Below, one piece after another: positions 23,643 through 37,582 of a stretch of 64,000 nucleotides of DNA. Made by a program: the position numbers and the translations under genes. The notes under the pieces were generated by a model. The model was not told the DNA's origin and did no database searches. It saw nothing but the letters and a program-made list of their open reading frames with translations. The DNA comes from Octopus vulgaris (taxonomy: Eukaryota), in contig OX597825.1 in the NCBI GenBank assembly GCA_951406725.2, forward strand, positions 73,966,001 through 74,030,000. Direction: 5' to 3'. Each line of letters begins with the position of its first letter. Within the stretch, counting starts at the first letter, position 1.

Positions 23643-25132
23643 CATATATATACATATCTATATCGGTCTATTTTTATATACGTAGATACAAACACTTGTT
23701 TGTATGTACAAGTACAAAGACTTACATAAAAATATACTCATAAATACATACATAGATACATATAAATACACACACACACACACACTCACACACATATATA
23801 TATACATACACCAACCTACCTACCTACCTACTTACCTACATACCTACATACATACATACATGTGCATATACATATAGATATATAATTTATTGATAACATA
23901 TTATTTTGTATTGCACGTACATGATGTAATTTTAGCATCTTAATAGAATCTTCTTATCTGGAAGGAAGCAAAACTGAAGCCAAAGATCATATCAAGATTC
24001 AAGAACATCATTAAGTATTAGACAGAAAGAGAATACACAGACCAAACCTTGCATGGGAGGAAGAATTTAACTCTAACACACAACCATATTCATGTTCCCT
24101 TGTTTATTTTTGTTTCTGATTTTTAAAAATAAATATTTAATAAAAGAATGTAATGTGTTAAAACACACCTACGTACCTACCTATAAAATTACATTTATGT
24201 GTTGCTGTTTAATAACTTAACCAAAATTCGAGGCAACTGGAATGCTTTGTTTATCAATCTACGTTTACTAAAACCGATTTTGAAAAGTAATAACCGTGCG
24301 CCATTTTGTTTAGTACCATCTTATAATTAATTCTTCAAACTCCTTTTGTTGCTGTTGTTGTTGTTGTTGTTGTCTCTTCTTCTTCTTCTTCTTCTTCTTC
24401 TTCTTCTTCTTCTTCTTCTTCTTCTTCTTCTCCTTCTTCTTCTTCTTCGTCTGGGAATGCGTTCTGTGGAAGTTTTACGTTAGCAATATCTAGAGTTGTG
24501 GTGGTGAGCATAGGTGGCAACGGATTCAGAGAATGTGTGTGCGTAGCTAGCCTCTTTTGGAGGAGGTTCGCGACTGGAAATACCTTGAATGACTTCCAGA
24601 AATCTCTGGAATGGTAACCGTATCGAGAAGCACAACGGGACTGAAATACAGTCTACATGTATGGAAGTGCCGCTAGGAAGAACTATCCGAGAGCCGCGCG
24701 GAGTCTCGACTCCCTATGGTACTTACTTGTGCAGTATTCGAGCATTTTTGACTTGCGGTGTTATGTCGAACAACAGTTGTCCTGTGTAGGACGAATCTCG
24801 CGACCGATTGAGTCCATCATGAGAATCACCCCAACACTCTCCTTTAACAAGACAGGTCAAGCGGTGTTCCTCTGTTTGGTGGCTATGGCAAAAGAGGTTG
24901 CGTAGTGGACGAGACTGAAAAGATTTAGAAAGGACACCTTCCACTTCGGTCAAACTCTCATCGACATTTTGTAAGTTCCATTTGCAAAGGAAAGTGAAGT
25001 CGAAAGGGAAATGCACACTTCCAATGAATTTCTATACAGTTCTATATTTAAGAGATGAGGAATTATGTATATCATTTACATTATTTACATTATTTACATT
25101 CGACGGATATTTGTCCTCATCTTGTTTGTTGA

Positions 25133-25180
25133 TAATACAAGGTTTCGGCTGATATACCCTCCAGCCTCCATCAGGTGTCT
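25133..25180 (-). ncRNA. Degenerate minimal hammerhead motif in a Penelope-like pLTR fragment (~25050-25190)
   Basis: Minus strand: GACAC-CTGATGG-A-GGCTG-GAGGGTATAT-CAGCC-GAAAC-CTT-GTATT; perfect 5-bp stem II; A9 and the triplet mutated. Confidence 0.6.
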
Positions 25181-25544
25181 TGGGGAAATAATGCGAATTT
25201 GTATACAGTTGGGTGATTGTGGCAAAGATAGAATTTCTCTAAGCATGCACCTATCGTTTGGAGGACAAAAGTCGGGCGAGAGCCCGTGACTTTATTAATC
25301 AGGGTAAACCTGGGCCTGTGGGGTTCCTTGATTGGTTCTAAATGGAGATTCTATTGCTTTAGGAAGACTGCTTCATTCACGTATTCACATACATTGTATA
25401 CTACGCATACTTTCATCTCATTTTACCTTCTTTACTTTTCCCATTCTCCTTTTCTTTTATGTCAGCCCTTCCCACAAATGCTTACCGCTCTTGTCAAGTC
25501 CCATTTACTGATGATCCCGTGGCTAATATAAAAAATTCTTCTTC

Positions 25545-25576
<32 letters not shown>

Positions 25577-25600
25577 CTTCTTCTTCTTCTTCTTCTTCTT

Positions 25601-25678
<78 letters not shown>

Positions 25679-25859
25679 GGAGAGCTGGCAGAATAGGTAG
25701 CACGTCCGGTTTTACGTTCTTAGTTCTCAATCCACCGAGGTCGATTTTGCCTTTCATCATTTCGGGGTCGATAAATTAAGTACCAGTGAAACACCGGGGT
25801 CGATGTAATCGACTAGTACCCTCCCTACGAATTTCAGGCCTTGTGTCTATACTAAAAAA

Positions 25860-25860
<1 letters not shown>
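25679..25860 (+). mobile_element. Internally deleted SINE A between (ATT)n tracts
   Basis: GAGCTGGCAGAATAGGTAGCACG, family A body, tail GAATTTCAGGCCTTGTG. Confidence 0.8.
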
Positions 25861-25929
<69 letters not shown>

Positions 25930-25959
25930 ATTATTATTAATAATAATAATCATATTATT

Positions 25960-26141
25960 ATTATTCCTTCATTATAGGTAAAAATGCACCGGAGTCTTTA
26001 ATCATCTGTCAAGTCACAACAAGGACCTCAAGATGTCTGCTGTGCTCAATAAGGCTGCTTTTTGCAAGACATCAATCTTGCATGGGATTTCCAGTTTCCT
26101 TAAGAAGTCTTGAAGTTTCAATGGGATTGATCCCAACGCTC
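25960..26141 (-). pseudogene. RLE-class (R4-like) LINE 3' fragment ending in (AAT)n
   Basis: ALGSIPLKLQDFLRKLEIPCKIDVLQKAALLSTADILRSLL*. Confidence 0.8.
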
Positions 26142-26432
26142 TTCTTCTTCTTCTTCTTCTTCTTCTTCTTCTTCTTCTTCTTCTTCTTCTTCTTCTTCTT
26201 CTTCTTCTTCTTCTTCTTCTTCTTCTTCTTCTTCTTCTTCTTCTTCTTCTTCTTCTTCTTCTTCTTCTTCTTCTTCTTCTTCTTCTTCTTCTTCTTCTTC
26301 TTCTTCTTCTTCTTCTTCTTCTTCTTCTTCTTCTTCTTCTTCTTCTTCTTCTTCTCCTTCTCTTCTTCTTCTTCTTCTTCTTCTTCTTCTTCTTCTTCTT
26401 CTTCTTCTTCTTCTTCTTCTTCTTCTTCTTCC
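26139..26432. repeat. (CTT)n microsatellite, ~290 bp
   Basis: Directly visible. Confidence 0.98.
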
Positions 26433-26644
26433 TTTCGTCGTACCAGAGTGTTAACGTGTTTGGCTCTGTCACGTTTGCTTTGAGAGTTGGGTAAACTTGC
26501 AGAATATTTATGAAATATTACAATCTGCTGAACGAAGCTAAATGGAATTCGAAACTTAATTAATTCAGAAGCCAAATGGGTTGTCGCTTTTTTTTTTCTT
26601 CTTCCAGCAGATATTTTCTAATTATAACTGGAAATTGTATTTTC

Positions 26645-27155
26645 TTCATCATAATCATAATCATTATCATATTTCTACCATCATTATCATCGTATCACAA
26701 TCTGCACCACCACCACCGCCACCACCGCATCCACCACCACCGCATCCACGACCACCACCACCATGTGTATCTTTCATATCATCATCATCATCATCGTCAT
26801 CATCATCATCATCATCATCGTAAATACCACCACCACTACTACTAATTCCCCCTCTACAACCATTTTCATCATCATAATCGTCATCATCAATATCATCACA
26901 CTCACCATCACCATCCTCGTCATTACCGTTGTCGTCGTCGTCATCGTCATCATCACCAAGGGCATCATCATCATCATCAATACTATCATCATTATCATCG
27001 TGTATCATCGTCGTCATCATCGTCATCATCATCGTCATCATCATCATCATCATTATCATTATCACCACGGTCATCATCATCATCATCATCACCACGGTCA
27101 TCATCACAATCATCATCATCGTCGTCGCCGTCATCATCATCATCATCGTCGTCGC

Positions 27156-27202
<47 letters not shown>

Positions 27203-27385
27203 CCATCACCATCATCATCATCACGGTCATCATCACAATCATTTTCATCCTCCTCCTCCTCCTGCTCCTCATCATCCCCTTCATCATCATCATCCTCCTC
27301 CTCATCGCCGTCACTATCACCTCCTCCTCCCTCCCCGTCCGTCCTTTCCTCCGTGCTCTCGCTTCGTCGTCCTCCTCATCACGAT
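26645..27385. repeat. Complex (CAT)n/(CAC)n/(CGT)n tract
   Basis: Directly visible. Confidence 0.95.
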
Positions 27386-28691
27386 ATAATCATTAAACTT
27401 AGATAAAGCTGTATACTCTATACATACGATATCGCTAGCGTATTCCATTTTATGTCCTCGCATTAATTTTATTGTCAGCTCACAAATGTGCAGCGACAAT
27501 CCTGAAGAACGCCAGCTTTTCATGTTTCTCTTTTATCGGTGGCCAAAGCGCTGAAAACCAACGACCAAATCTTAACTTATAGTTACTGCTTCGCCCACGA
27601 CAATACCAACACGGACACAACCAACACCACCAGTATCACCTCCGCCGCTACTACCGCGGCATCGGCCTCCATCGCTATCTCCTACACTGCCCCCCCCCCC
27701 GCTACCGCTGCCCTCTCCACCACCGCCGCACTCTCCGCCACCGCCACTCCTCTTCGCCATCGCCGCCTTCTCCGCCAATGCCGCCCTCTTCGCCTCTTCC
27801 TCTTCAACCGCCGCCGCTCCCGCCGCCGCTCCCGCCGCCGCCGCAACCGTCACCACCACCACCACCACCACCGCTGCATCTTTTCAGACTGGGAAGCAGT
27901 ATTCTATTCAGAGGAACTAACAGCTGTTGGAAACGAAAGTACTGAAAAAGAAGCCCCCATCCACTCACCACTGGCTGGCACAGTTTTTGATCCGTTGAGG
28001 ATGTGGGTTCACTCGGATAGATCCTCAGTGGCCTTATTGAGGCGCAGAAATTGCAGCGGCCGTGAGGGTTTTAGCTAGGTTCTGTTCGTGTTCCGGTACT
28101 GTTTTCTTGACATATGTGATAATGTTTTTCTACAGTTCAAGGAGAAATAGATTGATATTACTCCAACTGGGGGTTGTTTTTGACGTCTTTGTTCATAGGA
28201 CCAGTCTAGATTGATGTGCAACGTCTAAGCTGCATGTGAATGACGGTTGGGTACAGAAAATTAGGAGGTAATAAAGAGTGGTCTTATCTAAGGAATCGGG
28301 GTTGAAGTTGACAGTGACTCACTAAAGTATAAGGACGGATAATGTGGGGGAAAGAACCAAACCGTGGGGTCCATTAGGTTTTATTGAGACCGTGAGGTTT
28401 CCATAAGTACAAGCTACCATGAGGCGATCTGAACGGAAGCAAACGTTCCAAGAGATGGATACATGTCAGACACAAGCTTTCATGCTGGGAGAGTTACACA
28501 CTGGGCACAATTGAAATCTTCGCTGCCACTGAGAGCAACAGCAGTGATTTGACCAATGACACATGAGTGGTTTTCAGTAAATCTACCAATGGTTGTTAAG
28601 GAGAAAGACCAAATAAAGGAAATGGTGAAGATTGTAGTGGTTAATGTCTGTCTCCATCATCTTTCAGATGGCGGATGTGTGCTGTGCCTAA

Positions 28692-28692
28692 T

Positions 28693-28743
<51 letters not shown>

Positions 28744-29067
28744 GTGGTGGTGATGATGATGATGATGATGGTGGTGATGATGATGATGGTGGTGATGATG
28801 ATGATGATGGTGGTGATGATGATGATGATGATGATGAAGAGGATGACGATGACGACGAAGACGACGGCGATGATGATGGTGATGATGGTGATGATGACCG
28901 TGGTGATGATAATAGTGATGATGATGATGATGAGGACGACGACAACGACGACGATAATGATTGTGATGAGGACCGTGGTGATGATGATGGTGATGGTGAT
29001 GATGATGACGATGATGATACACGATGATACACGATGATGATGATAGTATTAATGATGATGATGATGC
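28692..29067. repeat. Complex (GAT)n tract, inverted relative of 26962-27250
   Basis: Shares the interruptions AATACTATCATC, CATCGTGTATCATC, CACCACGGTC and CATCACAATCAT in reverse complement. Confidence 0.85.
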
Positions 29068-29719
29068 GCTTTCTGGGAACAGGATTGACTGTTACCAAAT
29101 ATCAGGATATCATAAAAATAACAGAGAGCCTGAAATATATTAGGAAAATAGTGGCTAGCTGTCGGGCACATAGTTTTAGAATAACAGGAGGCTCTTTTCA
29201 GAGACGATGGTTCTGTTGGTTTGAAGTGACTTAGTGTCTATGTGTCACTGAGTCTATATCAATGAAATCCTATAGCATGATTGGGCAGCATTGCTTATAG
29301 AAGGATCATAGTTAAAAAGTCGAGGAAGGAAAGATTCGTAAGACTGAGAGGGTTTCTTTTAGTAAAGGACCAACAAGATAACTTGAGAGGCAGAAGAACT
29401 TGTGGTCTGTGAGATGTACGAACGCATTGTTTGTGATTCAAAAACTGCGGCGCCATCTAGTTTGTTGGGTGATTGATTTCCTTCTGTATAGCAGGCCGTG
29501 TAATTTACATTAAATATGTCTGTAACTAGACTACCTGAGGTTGAATCTAACCTTGTAAGTAGCAATTCTATATCTACATTGATACATAATTTAAGCAAGG
29601 TAAATCTAAGACTTTTCATTGAAGATTACAATGTATTAAAGTTCACATATGTTTCCTAAAGGTCATAGAAGAAAAATCCAAAATATGCCATGTAAATTAT
29701 TGAAATGTTCATCAGATAC

Positions 29720-29733
29720 AGGGAAAGAGAGAA

Positions 29734-29790
<57 letters not shown>

Positions 29791-29866
29791 GCGAGAAAGA
29801 AAGAAAGAGAGTGAGAACGAGAGAGAAAGAGAGAGAGAACGAGGGAAAGAGAGAGAGAGAGAGAGC
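29720..29866. repeat. (GA)n microsatellite
   Basis: Directly visible. Confidence 0.95.
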
Positions 29867-30566
29867 GGAACATTCTAGAACGAGGAAAAGATATTGTTTA
29901 CGTCGAGATACAGTTATGTAGCAGAGAATAATGGTTTGAAGAAGATATTTAGATTAGCTTTGTATGTCACTTACTTGTGTGTGTGTGTGTGTATGTATGC
30001 GTGTGTGTATGTGTGTATGTGTGTGTGTGCGTATAAATATGTTTATATGTATACACACTTGTATGCATCTATAATTATATTTGAATCTGAGACTATACTG
30101 AGGTAGTAATATATAGCTTTATGTGAATCACAATTATATTTTTACAAAAGCGTAAAAAACAATCTCGTAGTTTACTTGTTGAAAAATCTAGTTCACGTAA
30201 AGACAGGTGGTTTTTTCATGACGTAATCATTTCTTCAATTATAAACACTATAAGTACTAAACCAATTATAAGCAGAGATATTTCACCGAAAGAAGACTAT
30301 GAAACTTGTTAGAAAGCTTTATGAGATATAAATGTTGTTGGTTCTCTTATACTAGAATCGTACAAACTAATCGGTTGAATTGAATTTAATTCTCGTCAAA
30401 AATGAAAGAAAGCCGTTGTGAAGTAATGTAAGGAGAAATGAATTAAATAGCAAAGCGCTCGAGTTTGTTTTGGCTGTGATTATTGTTTAATTCCCGGGGA
30501 ATTCTATTGCAAACGTGTATTATCAAAGGTGTTCTCGTCGTAACCGTGTGTGAGACATAGTATCAA

Positions 30567-31240
30567 AGGCGGCGAGCTGTCCTTGTTTGTCCCCTCTGTG
30601 ATTAGCCCCTTGTGGGTAGTAAAGAAATAGGTATTTCCTCTGCCGTTACGTTCTGAGTTCAAATTCCGCCGAGGTCGACTTTACCTTTTATCCTTTTCGT
30701 CTGTCCTTTCGTGGTGAGTTCAAATTTCGCCGAGGTTGACTATCATCCTTTCGGGTTCGATAAATTAAGTATTAGCTGTGTCAGGGGTCAATCTAATCGA
30801 CTGGTCCCTTCCCCCAAAATTTCAGGCCTTGAGTAGAAAAGAATCGTTGGCACGCCGGGCAAAATGCGTAGCCGTATTTCGTCTGCTGTTACGTTCTGAG
30901 TTCAAATTCCGCCGAGGTCGACTTTGCCTTTCATCCTTTCGGGGTCGATAAATTAAGTAGCAATTACGCACTGGGGTCGATGTAATCGACTTAATCCGTT
31001 TGTCTGTCCTTGTTTGTCCCCTTCTGTGTTTAGCCCCTTGTGGGTAGTAAAGAAATAGGTATTTCGTCTGTCGTTACGTTCTGAGTTCAAATTCCGCCGA
31101 GGTCGACTTTGCCTTTCATCCTTTCGGGCTCGATAAATTAATTACCAGTTACGCACTGGGGTCGATGTAATCGACTTAATCCGTTTGTCTGTCCTTGTTT
31201 GTCCCCTTCTGTGTTTAGCCCCTTGTGGGTAGTAAAGAAA
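30567..31240 (+). mobile_element. SINE A multimeric cluster including a 185-bp-period dimer (30874/31059)
   Basis: Repeated GTATTTCGTCTG..GAGTTCAAATTCCGCCGAGG..GTGGGTAGTAAAGAAA units. Confidence 0.9.
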
Positions 31241-32425
31241 CAAATTATCATCATGAGTATAGACATTCCTATTTCAAGTCTTAGGAATCATTAGACTTCT
31301 TACTCGGTTTCCATGGTATATTAATGACCGTGATTGAAACATTCCCACCATCTTTGAACGGATCGTCAGTCAGTCTCAGGGTTATCCATTAACAACTTTG
31401 TGAACTGGAGCAACGTGAAATGAAGTGTGTTTTTGCTTAATAACACGATACAGCACCTAGCCCGGGAATCGAAACCACACTATTACGATCGTGAGCAAGT
31501 CACTCACTGTCATTTATCTTGGCTAATATTGTCAATGTACACTATGTCTAACTCTGTGAGACGTTGTGTACCTTGGTTTATTAGGCGTTATGTCCTAATT
31601 TTCATAAGAAGCTAATATGTGATTTGAGAGGTTTGGTTACTCTTTCTAGCGGATCGATTGACCCTATAAATAACCTCCTTCTCATTTACTATTACGACCC
31701 ATCAATTGATGCGGTATCTGTTTTGAAAACCGTAAATAATGTTTACAGACAAAACAGGTATATATAAAATAATGTTGTGATTAATTTGTCATTTATTTGT
31801 TTATATATTTTACAGCGCTGAATTAAAAAACTGAAAACCATTTTTCTACATCAAATAACATTTTTTTTAATTTCAAAGAACACTATTTTAGTTTTCAATT
31901 ATAACATTTTTATCATTTCGCATACATAATTATAATTTTATATACAAAATGATAATAAAATATCCATTTATAAATAATTATTTACATACAGATATTTTAT
32001 TACAATGCTAATATGTTTGAATTTAGTATTTCCTAATATTAAAAGATAATAATTTTAAATATTGACGCATCTTATTTCTTTACTAATAAATTTAAGTTTT
32101 GTTATTATAATGTTAACGAACATTAATGACGTTTAAAGGTTATGTGAGCATTACCGATCTTGTTTTGTTAAATTTGTTGAAAATATCCACTCAAAAATAA
32201 ACGGAACATAACAGATACCGTTAAAATATGTTTTACTACTGTGCAATAAAACGCGATGATCGTTACGACAAAACTAGTCCGTCATTGTGCTTGGTCTGTT
32301 TGTTTTGAAGACCTAAAACAAATGAATAAATCCTAAAAAATGAAGCTCTTGCGTTTCGTATTTCAACGATTTGCAAGAAAACAAAAATGTTTGTTAACAA
32401 TTGCATTTTCATTTGTTCCTACAAA

Positions 32426-32829
32426 TCTTCTTTATACATAAAAGTGAAGTTGTGTGAGTGTCTGTCTCCTACGATTTAGATTCCTAACTACTCCCACATT
32501 TTGCGGTGCAGTTTAACCAAAACCGGTTATCTTATAGTCGTGATTCATATCGATCCCTTCTGGGTATTAGCGCGCGTCTACGATGAGTCTACGATTTTAA
32601 AAATAATTTACCATCATTTTTTTCCGTTTTAATGCATTTTTTCGCTATTATATAAGGGAAGTAACTCTCTAAAAATGTCTACGATGAGTCAACGATTTAA
32701 AAAAAATTTACCATAATTTTTTTTCCATTTTTAATGCATTTTTTTGCTATTTTTTGGCTATAACTCTCTAAAAATGCTTATATAGTTATTTCCATTACAA
32801 ACCCGAGCAACGCCGGGCGATACTGCTAG
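32426..32829 (+). mobile_element. Non-autonomous Helitron
   Basis: A|TC 5' end, 3' hairpin CCCGAGCAACGCCGGG, CTAG|T 3' end, no TSD; internal ~100-bp tandem duplication (GTCTACGATGAGTC..). Confidence 0.85.
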
Positions 32830-33008
32830 TTAAAAAATACAATTTTAAAAGATGAGAAAGAAATCATTGTAATCATTAGTAAAGTTTATTTGCCAACATA
32901 ATATGGCAGTCCTATAGAAGGACGGTGTTACTGTCTTTTAATCCCAGGAAAACATCTTTTCCAGTTGGCTACCGGCACACAGTTTGTACTCGTATAGTAT
33001 ATGCAAAG

Positions 33009-33322
33009 TGGAAGCTCAATGGCCCAGGGGTTTGGGCAGCAGACTCGCGGTCGGAGGATCGCGGTTTCGATTCCCAGACCAGGCGTTGTGTCTGTTTATT
33101 GTGCGAAAATATCTAAGGATCCACGAGGCTCCGGCAAGGGGTGGTGGCGACCCCTGTTGTACTCTTTTGCTCCAACTTTCTCTCACTCTCTCTTCCTGTT
33201 TCTTGAGTAACGCTGCGATGGACTGGCGTCCCGTCCAGCTGGGGGGAACACATACGCCACAGAAACCGGGAAACCGGGCCCATGAGCCTGGCTAGGCTTG
33301 AAAAGGGCGCATAAATAAATAA
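33009..33322 (+). mobile_element. SINE C head with tail type 2
   Basis: Family C head and body, then CGCTGCGATGGACTGGCGTCCCGTCCAG..GAAAAGGGCGCATAAATAAATAAA. Confidence 0.85.
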
Positions 33323-34438
33323 AAATAGTATATGCAAGGGAGGTCATCGCTCCCATCTCTAGCCTTACGTGATACTCAAAGACCTAGGTTTCTGGGTGGT
33401 TACCCGTCCTCAGTGTGAGTGAATCACCAGCTAACGATGAAGGCTCTCGCCACTTGCAAATACTATATATCTTTATGCGACACAGTCGCTGATCTCTTAA
33501 GACAGATTGTAATCATTTGTTAGCGAAAAGAACTGTAGAGAATGGATGTAAAGAAAGTGATATGATGATAAACGATCGGAGTGGAAAGGCTGAGATGCCA
33601 GTCGAAGACGTAGTTTTAATTTTTTGATCACAAAAAAACCCTATGAATACAAAGAGATTAAAGAAGATTGTTTGCGAAGAAGCTGGATAGTAAAATGAAT
33701 TTCAAAATTTACTGTTTCAAAAAGTACCATTTAGAATTTCCCCCTAAAATGTCTAGGAGTCACGAATGAAGAATAGGATTATGATATCAATGCCTTGGTG
33801 AGGAAATGGTAGAATAATTCTACCATCCAAAATTGGTAGAGTCTCTTCGATGGGCTCCCATAATTTCGGTCTACCGAGTTTAAATTACAAGGCTTTGGTC
33901 GACTCAAGAGCTTGTATATGTCACTTCCTTAAATTGCTTTGTATTCGAACAGGACCCAAGATATTGTGAATTAAACTTCTCAATTCTATAGATATCTGTA
34001 TGTCCTTTGCCTGGGGTGGAATGATAATCAGAAAAATTCTTGGTTTCGTATGTGATGGAGTGACATATAAGTAGACAAGATGAAGACAGGGATATATATT
34101 GGCCTGTGTTTTGATGGAGGTGATAGGTAGCTGGTATAAATTCAGAGGCATAAAAGCTGTTCAGGTAACAGTAGAATTAGAGAGAGGGAGAGAGAGAGAG
34201 AGAGAAATTTAAAAAAAAAGGACACCTAAGAACCAATACTGTAGTGGCAAAACAAATAGAATAGATGTAAAAATACGCACAGGCCATTTAAAATAACAGA
34301 TATGAACTACTGATTTCTCTTTAAAGGCTTTTTTCGTGTTACGTCATTTTGGAACCAACTACCGATGTAAGTTGAGAAATATTTTTTCTCTTCTTAGTAA
34401 TTAACTTCTAACTACTTCGGCAAATACGGTGAACATAC

Positions 34439-34482
34439 GCTCCGCTGAAGAGTTTTAGTAATTATCGAAACGTGTCTGGAGT
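34439..34482 (+). ncRNA. Minimal type-I hammerhead ribozyme, core intact
   Basis: GCTCCG-CTGAAGA (34445-34451)-GTTTTAGTAATTATC-GAAA (34467-34470)-CGTG-TC|TGGAGT; 6-bp stem I, GUC triplet, cleavage predicted after 34476; stem II weak. Confidence 0.7.
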
Positions 34483-34539
34483 TGTCTCCCGTACTACCAA
34501 AATGATTTCCAAATATTGGGTTCAAATTTTGGCACATCA

Positions 34540-34825
34540 ACCTTAGTGCATAACAAGTACTTATTTTATCGACCTCTAAAGGCTGAAAGACACGGTCGAA
34601 ATACCTATTTCTTTACTAACCACAAGGGGCTAAACACAAAGAAGACAAACAAATTAAGTCGATTAAATCGACCCCAGTGCGTAACTGTTACTTATTTAAT
34701 CGACTCCGAAAGGATGAAAGGCAAAGTCGACCTCTGCGGAATTTGAACTCAGAGCGTAAAGGCAGACGAAATACCGCTAAGCATTTCCCCCGGCATGCTA
34801 ACGATTCTGCCAGCTCGCTGTCTTA
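34540..34825 (-). mobile_element. SINE A with internal multimer junction
   Basis: CGAAATACCTATTTCTTTAC junction ~34597-34616; head ends CTGCCAGCTCGC. Confidence 0.85.
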
Positions 34826-36397
34826 ATGATTTAGACAATATTAGCCACAGATATAACGTCTTTTCCTCATAACATAACATAATTACTTTTAATACAGTTT
34901 TAATCCTTATTTAATTAAATAAGTTAACACTCAGCATAAAACGAATTGAGCAAATTGAACGTGGTGTGTGTGATCGTTATATTCTTTTTATTTGAAAGGA
35001 AAATATCTGCAAAATATGTTTATATTTACGAAGACAACTCGAGAACAAAATAAGAAATATATTTGATGACGCCATTTTTAAGGAAGGGAATTCGTAAACA
35101 CTACAAGAAACAGTGTGAAAACAAAAGCAAGACCACCAACGAGGGTTCTTTTATGTGTTCATTCGACCTGCAAGAAATAGCAGCTAAATCTTCTTAAATT
35201 ATACCTTACCTCTCTTTACGATGACAACACTGTGTAACAAAATTTTAGTTTTGTATTTGTCTTTGGTCAATAATTGTGATTTTCTATTTGCTTCTATCTT
35301 GAAATCAAAGGAAATGACTACTATTCCCTTCATACTTTGCTTTTGTAACAAACATCAATGTTTTGAAACTGACCTATTTTCCATTACATTTGAGACAGAT
35401 TCAGCGCTTAGTTGCTGAAGCAGAAATATCGTTATAGTAAATATTCTCCTCAATACCACATATTTGCTTGCCCATTGCTTGACCTTAGCCACTTGAACAT
35501 GTCCCTTAATGGCTGACAATATGTGCATTTCTAATCATGGGCTGGATTAGAGGGGGCGCATCATAGCCATGTGTTAAGAGGGATTCTTTGGGGTTTGAAT
35601 AAATATAACAAAAGCAAAATTTGAAGGAAATATTAGCAATTTTTCATTCTTTCAAGGTGTAAGCCTGAAGGAAATGGCAGCTGCTACCTAAGGATGAAAA
35701 TTGCGTTGCACAGTGTACTGGATAATGTAGTCTTTGATATATTATGTCTGACACAAAACCATTAGGGATGGTCGATATTAGAACGACTTTGGTCATAGAT
35801 TTACTTTATCAGGTTTAAGATGGAGCCAGAAAAAAAGCAGGAATAACAACCACACACGAATAACAAAAGCAATTTATGGCAGAAGGTCCATGCCGGAAAG
35901 TTAAAACTTTACTCGGTTAGAGTGATAAATGTTCAGAATTTTTGGCTTTCAAATAAATTTTCTCTTGAAATGTCAACCCAGGTTAACATAAAATAGAGGT
36001 TAACTACACAATGTAGGATATAAAGAGCGTTATAAATGATAAAATACGTTCAAAGCAAGTTTTACAACTGGTTTTTAATCCTCAAAGTAGACGCTAAATA
36101 ATATTAATTTTCTTTCTTCAGAGCAGTTAACATACAACAGCCATACCACGACACCTTTAACTCTTTGAATCAATGGAATTGGTTATTCTGAAGTTTAGAA
36201 GTAAAGGACATTAATATACAAGACAGGCCGTTAAGTCATATTTATCTATCTTCCTATAAACCTATTCTTGTACGTACACATTCATGCAAAGGAGCGTGTG
36301 GATACACACGCATTATCTCCTACACACAAATACGAATTTTAAGGAATATCAAGCGAAAAAGAATTCAATGATAATTTTCAGAGTAATACATACATGT

Positions 36398-36905
36398 GGA
36401 GGCGCAATAGCCCAATGGTTAGGGTAGCGGACTCGCGGTCGTAAGAACGCTGCTTCGATTCCCAGACCGGGTATTGTGAGTGTTTATTGAGCAAAAACAC
36501 CTAAGCTCCACGAGTTCCGGCGGGGGGGGGGGAGTATGAACCACGCTGTACTCTTTCACCACGACTTTCTCTCACTCTTTCTTCCTACTTCTGCCACAAA
36601 ACAGAGGAACCATTTGTAACCCACTATGGTGTGGTAAACTTTCAGACCCTAGTCTAGATTGCGAATCCTCTGTACCCCAGGATGGTTCAGCTCTCCACCC
36701 GTTAAAAGCCACCGTTTGCGGAATGAGGATAACAACGTAGCTTTCGCGCTCGTGCAACCGCCAGTCTACCGCGTGTGGTGGGGTGGATATTCAAGTTGCC
36801 ACACGCATTCTTAGTAGCTTAGAGTAGGCTCGAATTAGAGAGTATTCTTTGTGGCTAATGGCGTGTTGACATGGGGCTAAATGACAGCATGCCGGACATT
36901 AAATA
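36398..36905 (+). mobile_element. SINE C head/body (36398-36590), probably joined to a further tail ending in a stem-loop
   Basis: Family C head; downstream GC-richer segment ends GGCGTGTTG..CAGCATGCC (9-bp stem) then GGACATTAAATA. Confidence 0.6.
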
Positions 36906-37447
36906 GTATTTTGCTTGCTAGATATACTATCTTTCAAAACATAAATGTGAGTGTCACAGTTCAAATGTTTTTGAACGTAATTATAGGCCTGTACCACCAG
37001 AACTGAGTTAGAACAAAAACGAAAAATAAAAAAAAACAATAAAGAAAAAACAATAAAAGTTTTAAAGTGAAACCACGAATGAGTTTTGACATTATAATAA
37101 ACATAGAAGATTTACTCTGACATAAAATATCTATTTTTTCATCAGTTACTGATTTCTAATAGTGAATTGTATTCTTCGCCACCGAATCAATACATCTGAC
37201 AATATTTGTATTGTTGTATGTACAAATATTATAAATCGCATTTTCTAAAATCTTTAGACTAATGGAAAGATTTTCTTCAGGGAATTTATTTTTTTAAAAA
37301 CTTAGATGATTATTATTATTATTATTATTATTATTGAGTGAGAGAGCAGTTCATGCCATCAAAGTGACACTGGGGTAAAATATACGAAGCCCAATATACC
37401 CATCATGGCTACCCGTCTGATAAAGGTACACCAGGCACATGCATCAC

Positions 37448-37582
<135 letters not shown>

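Noticed and set aside
26014-29098. Poly-His/Met/Lys/Arg/Ser ORFs
   Set aside because: Trinucleotide repeats open in several frames on both strands; only the RLE tail at 26014-26141 is real protein remnant.
29640-29722. Minus-strand CTGATGA..GAAACATATGTG
   Set aside because: No stem II or stem I pairing and the triplet ends in G.
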